DNA from: an uncultured Acidobacteriota bacterium
GTDB taxonomy: Bacteria; Acidobacteriota; Thermoanaerobaculia; Multivoradales; JAHEKO01
Direction of reading: 5' to 3'
DNA length: 64,000 bases
Assembly: GCA_963713825.1 (NCBI GenBank)
Contig: CAVQNG010000003.1
Coordinates: 1,792,001 to 1,856,000 of the forward strand
A program made the translations under genes and the position numbers. This document shows positions 48,280-55,935 of the stretch, one piece after another (within the stretch, counting starts at the first letter, position 1; each line of letters opens with the position of its first letter). The notes under the pieces are model-generated. The model was given only the letters and a program-made list of their open reading frames with translations, was not told the DNA's origin and did not search any database.

Positions 48280-49542
48280 TCAGCGAAAAATCAGCGGCCG
48301 CTGGACCACCGACGACCAGGCTGTCGTGTCCCCCGACTCGAAGCCGTCGGAGAAGATCGGCTCGGGTGGATCCTCGATGCAATAGAGACGCGAGTTGGCG
48401 AAGCTGCAGCTCGGGCTGTAGTACACGGTCCACGTGCTGTCCGCCCCAAAGGTGGTGCCCGCGCGAGCGGTATCTCCTCCGCTGGCCGAGGTCCAGTCTG
48501 AGCAAGTTCCGTCGAGGAGCCATCCTTCCGAGTTGGTCGCCGTCCAGGCCGCGTCGTTCGTGAGATAGGTCCCGAGCTCGGTTACGTTGATAGACGCATT
48601 GAGGGAGCCGTCCAGTAGGTCGGCGAACGAGTCCGCCACCTTGACTCCGTCTGGCCGCACTCTCGGTCCATCCGTGAGGAGGCGGTCCCTGGCATGGGTT
48701 GCCGAGTCGGACAGCCAGGCTCTGAATCTCGAGGGATTGGGCAGCGACGCCACCGCGGCCCGTACCTGACAGATGGCATCCGCCGCAGCCAATCCGGTCT
48801 GGCTTCCGGCGTCGGTCCAGGAGCCCAGGTCAGCTGATCCCGATACCGACGTCGCGAATGCAAGAGCACCAGTCTCCGCTGGTGGCGTGAGAGCGGGTCC
48901 CGCTCCAGGTTCGAGGCAAATCAGATGATTCGCCACATCGCATCGGTTGCTACCCATATTGGTCCAGCCCGCGGAACCGCGCGCCGTTCCGCCAAGGACC
49001 ACGCCATCCGGAATAGTCGAGGTCCAATCTGTGCAGGTGACGGGGTTCGGTGACACAGTGCCATTGGACATGGTTGCCGTCATCATGTATCCCTCGACGG
49101 GGTTTCCATCTTCATCGGCTGCCAGAGGGTAGTAGACGACTGATTCAGGGAGCAGTAGCCGGTCGATACTCTCCCCGAACGGCAAGCCGTCGGTCCGAAC
49201 CCACGGGCCAGCATCGACGGGCAGCTCGGCCTGACCACAGTTTGCGGACTTCTTGCCGCTGAATCCATGCAGCCTGCAGTAGGCATCATCGGTGCTCGTC
49301 GAGAGCCATGCGATGAAGGTGCCCGCATTGGCGAGTCCAGCGTCGGTGGCGAGAGTCCGGCAGATCGCGTCGCCGGCGGCCGCTCCGACGGCACTCCCTG
49401 CCTCTGGCCAGCTGCCCAGGTCGGCAGTGCCGTTCACCGAGGTCACAAAGGCGACTTTCTGTTGGGCTTCGAGCGCAGGGGAAGACAGCCCGACGAGAAC
49501 GAAGATCATCCACGCCAGGTAGCGGTAGCTGGTAGGTCCCAT
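48280..49542 (-). CDS. Secreted protein with two DUF1554/endostatin-like domains and C-terminal tag (paralog A)
   Basis: RBS GGGAGG at ATG 49542; colinear with, and highly similar to, 46904-48169. Confidence 0.82.
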   Translation of the reverse strand: MGPTSYRYLAWMIFVLVGLSSPALEAQQKVAFVTSVNGTADLGSWPEAGSAVGAAAGDAICRTLATDAGLANAGTFIAWLSTSTDDAYCRLHGFSGKKSANCGQAELPVDAGPWVRTDGLPFGESIDRLLLPESVVYYPLAADEDGNPVEGYMMTATMSNGTVSPNPVTCTDWTSTIPDGVVLGGTARGSAGWTNMGSNRCDVANHLICLEPGAGPALTPPAETGALAFATSVSGSADLGSWTDAGSQTGLAAADAICQVRAAVASLPNPSRFRAWLSDSATHARDRLLTDGPRVRPDGVKVADSFADLLDGSLNASINVTELGTYLTNDAAWTATNSEGWLLDGTCSDWTSASGGDTARAGTTFGADSTWTVYYSPSCSFANSRLYCIEDPPEPIFSDGFESGDTTAWSSVVQRPLIFR

Positions 49543-49700
49543 GGCACCTCCCACCTCCGAAATGGAGCTGTAGCGACTGTCAAGTCGTTGAGAAAAGACT
49601 GTCTCGGCACAAAAAGCCTAGCACAGGGAGAGTCTCCCAACTAACAGCAGTCCTGCGCCGGAAATGGTACGTTCGGCCCTATTCCAGAAGGGGTGGAGCC

Positions 49701-50822
49701 ATGAAGAGACGTGTCATCTCGAGCCTTCTACTTGTGAGCTTTCTGGCGGTGCCGATGTTCGGTTCGCGGAGCACCTACGACGGGCCGACGTTGCGAGACA
49801 ACTACGACGGCCCCATCCTTGTCGACAACTCCCAGCTGCGCTACCGCGGTGCCGACATGCTGAGCTTCGACACGGCCGTGTACCTGGAGCACGAGGCTCC
49901 CAACTTGATGCCGCTCCGCCCGGCGATCGACACCTGGGCTGCCATGCACGCCATTCATCCACGGGTGCTGATTCAGGTGCTGCGTGCGTACTGGCCGGTG
50001 GCGCCGACCTCGGGGAACATGGTCGAGAAGCAGACTGTCCACCAGATCGCCACCGGAATCGCTATGGTCTACCTGCGGCATCCTGAGGACCCCCTGGCAG
50101 CCTCGAAAGCGGTGATGGCCATCGCGGATGCCTACCATCTGAGGGTCGACCTGCCCGCCGAGCTGGCCAGGGGCCGGCACCTTCCGACACCCACGGCGCC
50201 ACTGGTCTTCGGTTGGTTCCAGCCGCCTTGGACGATTGGCGACACCTGGGCCGGAGGCGGTGCTCACGGTGACACTGGCAGCGGGGTCCGCAACGCGCTC
50301 GACTACTGGGGACAATGGCGCGATTGGGGTGCGGACTTGAGCCAATGGTGGGTGGCGGCGACCCAGGCCGGTACCGCACGAGTATGGTCCGAGTGCAGCG
50401 TATCGGTGTATCACGCCGATGACTGGGTGTCGACTTACTACCACCTGGAGAATATTCAGATTGCGGACCGCCAAGTCGTGGAACGAAACACGGTGATCTC
50501 GAACTACGCCAACGACAAGCCGACGGCACTTTGCCAGGGGGGCTCGTCCACGGGACCGCATCTCCACTCGGCTCTCTACCACAATGGCAACCGCGTCGAG
50601 ATCGATGAGGCCAACGTGGACTTCACCGCCTTCTCGCATCACGCTGGCGAGGGCCAGTACGACTTCAACTGTGCCACCTCCTGGTACACCCACGACACCA
50701 ACGGCAAGGTCTGCCCCTCGGCGGACCAACTCTGGAACAATGCTCCGCCCCCGAGCCCCATGCCCTTCATCGACGGCTTCGAGTCCGGCGACACCGCGGC
50801 CTGGACGAGCACTACCCAGTAG
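49701..50822 (+). CDS. lasA: M23A metalloendopeptidase, LasA/beta-lytic protease-like, with C-terminal FIDGFESGDTAAWT tag
   Basis: Signal and pro-region (IHPRVLI); GAHGDTGSG..ALD, CSVSVYH, YYHL and ALCQGGSSTGPHLH. Confidence 0.88.
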   Translation: MKRRVISSLLLVSFLAVPMFGSRSTYDGPTLRDNYDGPILVDNSQLRYRGADMLSFDTAVYLEHEAPNLMPLRPAIDTWAAMHAIHPRVLIQVLRAYWPVAPTSGNMVEKQTVHQIATGIAMVYLRHPEDPLAASKAVMAIADAYHLRVDLPAELARGRHLPTPTAPLVFGWFQPPWTIGDTWAGGGAHGDTGSGVRNALDYWGQWRDWGADLSQWWVAATQAGTARVWSECSVSVYHADDWVSTYYHLENIQIADRQVVERNTVISNYANDKPTALCQGGSSTGPHLHSALYHNGNRVEIDEANVDFTAFSHHAGEGQYDFNCATSWYTHDTNGKVCPSADQLWNNAPPPSPMPFIDGFESGDTAAWTSTTQ

Positions 50823-50832
50823 CAATCGTCAG

Positions 50833-50890
50833 AATGTAGGGGAGAGGTTCACCCCCTCCCGCGGGCGGGGGTAGGCCCCCAGGCCCCTAC
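50833..50890. repeat. Inverted pair of GTAG-type REPs
   Basis: AATGTAGGGGAGAGGTTCACCCCCTCCC followed by an inverted degenerate copy ending CCCCTAC. Confidence 0.78.
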
Positions 50891-50997
50891 GACCCCAAGC
50901 CCTATTGGCGCAGGCTCCTCGGACGGACCGACCTGATCGGTGCCGTCGGCTTCAATGCTGTTGTCCTACAATGTCCGCTCAGTTGAAAGGAGAGCCG

Positions 50998-51477
50998 ATG
51001 AGCACCCGCGTCCTGCCGACACAGATTTACTACAACCTCGGAGCCCTGAAGATGAACCTCGAGGGGCTGACCCACGAGGAGAGCCTCGTTCAGCCGCAGC
51101 CAGCCGGCAACTGCCTCAATTGGATCGTCGGTCACATCCTGGCCAACCGCGCTGGCATTCTCGGTTTGCTGGGTAAGGACCCGGTGTGGAACGAGAAGGA
51201 AGCGGCACCCTACCAAAGAGGTTCCGAGCCACTGACGGATCCGGCGCTGGCCAAAGATCTCGATGAGCTCGTTGCGATGCTCGAGAACTCGCAGGAGTCG
51301 ATTCTCACGGGGATTGCTGAAATCTCAGCCGAGGGCCTGCAAGCACCGGCGCCCAGTGGCAAAGAGGGAGAAACGGTTGAGACTGGCCTTGCGGCTCTCG
51401 TCTTTCACGAGGCCTACCATGTGGGAGAGACGGGCATCCTGCGTCGCTTGCTCGGCCACGAGGGAGCCATCGGATAA
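50998..51477 (+). CDS. DinB family protein
   Basis: RBS AAAGGAG; NCLNWIVGHI and FHEAYHVG. Confidence 0.88.
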   Translation: MSTRVLPTQIYYNLGALKMNLEGLTHEESLVQPQPAGNCLNWIVGHILANRAGILGLLGKDPVWNEKEAAPYQRGSEPLTDPALAKDLDELVAMLENSQESILTGIAEISAEGLQAPAPSGKEGETVETGLAALVFHEAYHVGETGILRRLLGHEGAIG

Positions 51478-51480
51478 CGC

Positions 51481-51562
51481 GGGCGGGGGCAAGCCCCGCC
51501 CCTACATTGAGAGCGGTAGGTGCCGCCTTCGGGCCACGAGCGGGGCAAACCCCTTTCCTACA
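51481..51562 (-). repeat. Two GTAG-type REPs (51481-51508; 51538-51562)
   Basis: Reverse complements read AATGTAGGGGCGGGGCTTGCCCCCGCCC and TGTAGGAAAGGGGTTTGCCCCGCTC. Confidence 0.8.
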
Positions 51563-53711
51563 GTGTCGGTGGGCCGTCTTCGGATGCGACCGGTCGGTCT
51601 CCAGAAAGGCTGCGTACCCGGCCTGTCACCGTTCCGTCAGGTGAGATCGTGAGCAGCGCTTGACCTTGTAGGTCGCCCAACCACAGGCTGCCATCCAGAG
51701 CTACAGCCATGGTCGACGGAGCTTCGAGGGCTTCGGAGTCGAGAAAGACCCATGGGTCTTCACATCGGTCCGCGCAGTCCAGCGCCCAGATCTTCTTTCC
51801 CCTAGCATCAGCCACATAGAGTCGCTGTTGACCCTGTCCATATTCGAGCGTTATGGGATAACCCAGCGTGTCGGCTACGAACTGGAGCCGTGGTGTCTCC
51901 GTGTCTGTTTGGACGATCCAGAGCGTGCCGGTTGCCCCCTGAGCCGCGAACAGCCGTCTGTGGGAAGTGTCGAAATGCAAGGCCGTTGCTGGCGTTCCAC
52001 CGGGCAAGTCCAGCATTTTCTCTGGGTTGGGTGAGTCCTGCGTGAGGTCTGCGACCCATAGTCCTGGACCCTCTTGCCCGTCATGACTCAGGTAGAGGAC
52101 CTTGCTCTGCACATCGAAGGCGGCAGCATTGAAACACTCGGAGCCGGCGACAGGTATCCGCCCCAGTTCTCGATAGCCGTCATTGTCCACCTGGAACTCG
52201 TAGACCTCCGTTTGGCATTTGGATGAGCCACGGCCCTCGGGTCTCGAAATCGCTGCGTAGGCCAGGTGTCCAGCCACATGAAAGCCTATGCCCTGGTTGG
52301 GATCGATGGACGGGCTCAGACAGGACAGGAAGACTGGTCGATCCGAGCCCGGACGCACCGAGTACACGGCGCGCGAACGGTCCAGGAACAAAGCACTGCC
52401 ATCGGGTCGGGGAGCCACCGCCACCGGCCGAACCCCGTCTTCGCGAACCACGGTTGTCGTGATTCCTTCGTTGTAGGTGCCGCTCAGGGTGAGGACAGCT
52501 TCCATCAGGCGAAACGTATCCTCGGTCAGAACGGCGGAGTGATTGGGAATCAATTCGCCGGGCACCTGCATGATCCAGTAGGGGGTGTCGTTGAGCACCC
52601 AGGGCTTGCGCCGGATGCTGAAACGATGCTCCTCTCCATCGAAGGAGAGGGCCATCTGCTGGGTTTCCGGATCGTACTCTGCCCTGTAGTTGGCGGGCGA
52701 TGACCTATCCGACTCTCCCAGGTCCTCGCTGTCACCGGGGGGTCTCTTTGGGCCGACCGTGACCTCGTGGCTGTGCAGTGCCGAGGTGTGACCCGCCGTG
52801 TGGGTGTACAGATGCTGTTGCTTGGAAATTGGGCTGCAATACTCCTGTCCGTAGTCGCGGAACTTCTTGTTCATCGCCTTGATGCTCATGCCGATTGGGA
52901 AGAAGAGGCTGGTCGCCTTGTCGGTCTGCGAGGTGAAAGAGACCAGGAGCGGTCGCTCATAGCGGTTGCCTCTCTTGTCGACTCGATAGGTCTTGAGTCG
53001 ATTGCGAGCCAGAATGTCGACCATCTGTTTGGTCTGGCTCGCCGAGCCGGCCGGGTTGAGAAGCACGACCAGATCGGCCGGGAAGATCAGCTCCTGCTCG
53101 GGCGAGGCCAGAAGGGCGCTTATCGCGGCCTGGGCCAGGGCCCGCTCGAGGATCATCGAGCCGAACGAATGGCCGATCAGCACGGAGCGCGAGTTCGGAT
53201 TGACCCGCATCGTCGTCAGGATTCGATAGATGGCCTCGGTCGCCGAGGCACCGGCGATCCGTTCCGCTGCGCCGCGCCGGTTGTAGAAGGAGGCCTCCCG
53301 AATCAGGGGAACATTAGAGACCCTGCCCCTCCAGCCGAGATAGACCCCCATCACCGGAATGCCGACCCCGGGGAACCGCTGCTCGATGTCCTCTTCAAGG
53401 CGAGTCAGGAATTTGCGGTACTGATAGATGGACCCCTTGTCCGCTTGGTCTTCGCGCGGGGAAGCGTCGTTGTTCCAGCCGTGGACGAACACCACGAGAG
53501 CAACTCCCGGGCCGCTGTTGAGTCGCTCGAGGTGCGCCAGGGCGCTGTCGAGCTGTGAGGGCGACCATAGCTCCCCCTGATCGTCGAACTCGATGAAGGC
53601 CAGGCTGTAGTCGGCATGCTCCTCGAGACTCGTGGGTCGATACATACGGTGCGCCGTGCACGACAGTGCAAAGAGCCCGGCAAGCAGGGGGACGATAAAT
53701 CTCCGAAGCAT
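51558..53711 (-). CDS. Lipoprotein: alpha/beta hydrolase domain fused to a beta-propeller
   Basis: Lipobox FALSC; FIEFDDQG, FVHGWNN, YLGWRG and GHSFG; C-terminal NHL/SMP-30-like blades. Confidence 0.78.
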   Translation of the reverse strand: MLRRFIVPLLAGLFALSCTAHRMYRPTSLEEHADYSLAFIEFDDQGELWSPSQLDSALAHLERLNSGPGVALVVFVHGWNNDASPREDQADKGSIYQYRKFLTRLEEDIEQRFPGVGIPVMGVYLGWRGRVSNVPLIREASFYNRRGAAERIAGASATEAIYRILTTMRVNPNSRSVLIGHSFGSMILERALAQAAISALLASPEQELIFPADLVVLLNPAGSASQTKQMVDILARNRLKTYRVDKRGNRYERPLLVSFTSQTDKATSLFFPIGMSIKAMNKKFRDYGQEYCSPISKQQHLYTHTAGHTSALHSHEVTVGPKRPPGDSEDLGESDRSSPANYRAEYDPETQQMALSFDGEEHRFSIRRKPWVLNDTPYWIMQVPGELIPNHSAVLTEDTFRLMEAVLTLSGTYNEGITTTVVREDGVRPVAVAPRPDGSALFLDRSRAVYSVRPGSDRPVFLSCLSPSIDPNQGIGFHVAGHLAYAAISRPEGRGSSKCQTEVYEFQVDNDGYRELGRIPVAGSECFNAAAFDVQSKVLYLSHDGQEGPGLWVADLTQDSPNPEKMLDLPGGTPATALHFDTSHRRLFAAQGATGTLWIVQTDTETPRLQFVADTLGYPITLEYGQGQQRLYVADARGKKIWALDCADRCEDPWVFLDSEALEAPSTMAVALDGSLWLGDLQGQALLTISPDGTVTGRVRSLSGDRPVASEDGPPTL

Positions 53712-53713
53712 GG

Positions 53714-54511
53714 CTAGAGGAAGTCGAGGATCAATTGGTTCACTCTCTCGGGCCGTTCCAGTGGCGAGATATGACCGGCGCCGTAGATGACGTGAAACAT
53801 CGAGTCTGGCATCGCCGCCGCGACATCGCGCATCTCGGCTACCGGTGTGATGACGTCGTGCTCGCCGCAGAGCAGGAGAGCCGGCAGTTCGATGTTCGGC
53901 AGTTCGTCGGTCATGTCGGGCCGCTCCGCCATGCCTCGTAGCGCTGCGGCGATGGTGGCTGGTCGGGTCGAAGCCATGACCCGTTTCGTTGCCTCGACGC
54001 AGGGCGGATTGGATTCGAGGCTTCGAGGCGCAAAGAGCTTGGGCAGCATCGAATCGGCAACGGGCAACGAGCCCTCTGCGAGCACCGTTCCGGCCAGCGC
54101 CAGCCGACCCTGCGCCCCTTCAGGCGTGTCACTGGCGGCGCGGGTGTCGCACAGGATCAGCTTCTCGAGCCTCTCCCGGTGATGCCGCCAGAACTGCCAG
54201 GCGACGTAGCCGCCCATCGACAGCCCACAGAAAGTGATGGGCTCTCGAATCTCCAAGGCATCGAGCAGTCCGGCCAGGTCGTCCGCATACTGCTGCATGG
54301 TGGTCTTTGCGCCATCACCACCGCCTGGGCCTGCGCTCTCGCCGAAGCCGCGCAGATCGGCTGCGATAACGCGACAACGAATCGCCAGCGCATCGATCTG
54401 CTCCGACCACATGCTGTGGTCGAGTGGGAAGCCGTGTACCAGCAGAAGAACTGGGCCGGCCCCACGGTCTTTGAAAGCCAACTCGACTTCGCCAACAGAG
54501 ATTCTTCGCAT
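53714..54511 (-). CDS. Alpha/beta hydrolase (3-oxoadipate enol-lactonase-like)
   Basis: LLVHGFPLDHSMW, DLRGFG, GLSMGG, GEHD and AGH; RBS GAGGAGG. Confidence 0.88.
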   Translation of the reverse strand: MRRISVGEVELAFKDRGAGPVLLLVHGFPLDHSMWSEQIDALAIRCRVIAADLRGFGESAGPGGGDGAKTTMQQYADDLAGLLDALEIREPITFCGLSMGGYVAWQFWRHHRERLEKLILCDTRAASDTPEGAQGRLALAGTVLAEGSLPVADSMLPKLFAPRSLESNPPCVEATKRVMASTRPATIAAALRGMAERPDMTDELPNIELPALLLCGEHDVITPVAEMRDVAAAMPDSMFHVIYGAGHISPLERPERVNQLILDFL

Positions 54512-54550
54512 CCTGGGCCTCCTCGGGCAGAGCGCAGGCACCCGCCATGA

Positions 54551-54565
54551 AGGTGCCTGGCACCT
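54551..54565. repeat. AGGTGCCTGGCACCT palindrome
   Basis: Perfect 7-1-7 palindrome in a divergent intergenic region. Confidence 0.55.
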
Positions 54566-54672
54566 ATCCTATCGGTCCGGGGTCAGCCAACGTGACAGAA
54601 TCTCACTTTGCAAGTGTCGGAGTTTCTGCCCTCCAAAGGGTCTGGAATCGATAGCGCGAAGGGAGCAACGGA

Positions 54673-55272
54673 ATGAGGGTCTTGGTGGTAGGAGCGTCAG
54701 GGACGATCGGGCGAGCCGTCGTCGCGGAACTGGAGGATCGGCACGATGTGGTCTCTGCGGGACGCACCTCGGGTGCGGTGAGACTGGATATCACCGTCAG
54801 GGAGTCCATCCGAGCAACCTTCGAGAAGTTCGGTTCGGTCGATGCCGTCGTGTCGGCTTCCGGGTCGGTGAAGTTCGCACCATTCGGCGACATGAGCCAT
54901 GACGACTACACTCTCGGCCTCGAGGACAAGCTAATGGGGCAGGTCAACCTGGTCTTGATTGGGCGTGACTACGTCTCGGACGGTGGGTCGTTTACGCTCA
55001 CCTCTGGGGTGCTCGACAGCGATCCCATCGTGGCGGGCTCATCGGCCTCGATGGTCAACGGGGCGCTGAACTCCTTCGTTCGAGCCGCCGCCATCGAGAT
55101 GCCGCGAGGCCAGCGCATCAACGTGGTGAGCCCTGGAGTGATCGAAGAAGCGATGGAAGCTTACGCGCCTTTCTTCCGAGGCTTCGAACCCGTGCCGGCG
55201 TCCCGAGCCGCTCTCGCCTATGCCAAGAGTGTCGAGGGTGCTCAGACCGGTCAGGTCTTTCGCGTCGTCTAG
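54673..55272 (+). CDS. Short-chain dehydrogenase (atypical SDR, PRK07578-like)
   Basis: VVGASGTIG, KLMGQVNLV, GGSFTLTSG and RINVVSPG. Confidence 0.9.
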   Translation: MRVLVVGASGTIGRAVVAELEDRHDVVSAGRTSGAVRLDITVRESIRATFEKFGSVDAVVSASGSVKFAPFGDMSHDDYTLGLEDKLMGQVNLVLIGRDYVSDGGSFTLTSGVLDSDPIVAGSSASMVNGALNSFVRAAAIEMPRGQRINVVSPGVIEEAMEAYAPFFRGFEPVPASRAALAYAKSVEGAQTGQVFRVV

Positions 55273-55287
55273 AGAGCGCGGTGCTCT

Positions 55288-55923
55288 ATGAAGCTCATCG
55301 ACCTTACCCACGTCGTCAAACCGGGAATGACTGTGTTCCCCGGCACAGAAGCGCCGGTTTTCGAAGTGGGCTCTTCGATCGACAAGGATGGCTTCGAAGA
55401 GAAGAAGATCACCATGTTCTCCCATACCGGGACGCACATGGACGCTCCGGCACACATCATCGCCGGCGCCCGCAGATTGGACGAGTTTCCCATTGGCAAG
55501 TTCTCGGGCCAGGCTTGCGTCGTCGATGTGGATAGCAACGATGCCGTCAAGATTGATGTGGAAGTGCTAAAGAGCAGGGGCGAGGCGATTCTCGAGTCCG
55601 ACTTCGTGATCCTGCGCAGCGGCTGGAGCCAGCTGTGGGACTCCGACGAGTACTTCCGTAATTTCCCTGTCCTGAGCCCTGAAGCAGCTCAGTGGCTCGT
55701 CGAGGCGAACATCAAGGGCGTCGGCCTCGACATGATCTCGGTGGACGAGTGCGATTCCACCGATTTCGCTGTCCACAACATCCTGCTCGGCGCGGATCTG
55801 GTGATCATCGAGAACCTGACGAACCTGGAGCTGCTGCCCGATTCGGTCTTCTCCTTCTACTGCTTCCCCCTACGCATCGACCAGGCAGACGGCTCCCCAG
55901 TGCGTGCTGTGGCTGCTGTCTGA
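55288..55923 (+). CDS. Cyclase family metal-dependent hydrolase (kynurenine formamidase-like)
   Basis: SHTGTHMDAPAH, IIENL and DGSPVRAVA. Confidence 0.9.
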   Translation: MKLIDLTHVVKPGMTVFPGTEAPVFEVGSSIDKDGFEEKKITMFSHTGTHMDAPAHIIAGARRLDEFPIGKFSGQACVVDVDSNDAVKIDVEVLKSRGEAILESDFVILRSGWSQLWDSDEYFRNFPVLSPEAAQWLVEANIKGVGLDMISVDECDSTDFAVHNILLGADLVIIENLTNLELLPDSVFSFYCFPLRIDQADGSPVRAVAAV

Positions 55924-55935
55924 AGCTGCTGCTTT

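Noticed and set aside
48170-48523. N-terminal extension of ORF 46904-48523
   Set aside because: It overlaps the paralog A 3' end in another frame. RBS and signal peptide place the start at 48169.
24919-49606. AAGACTGTCTCG at 24919 and 49595, and AACACTGTCTCG at 38171, upstream of tagged genes as a possible shared operator
   Set aside because: The match is short, spacing and orientation relative to the starts are inconsistent, and GACTGTCTCG also occurs in coding DNA near 26261. It is compatible with chance without genome-wide motif statistics.
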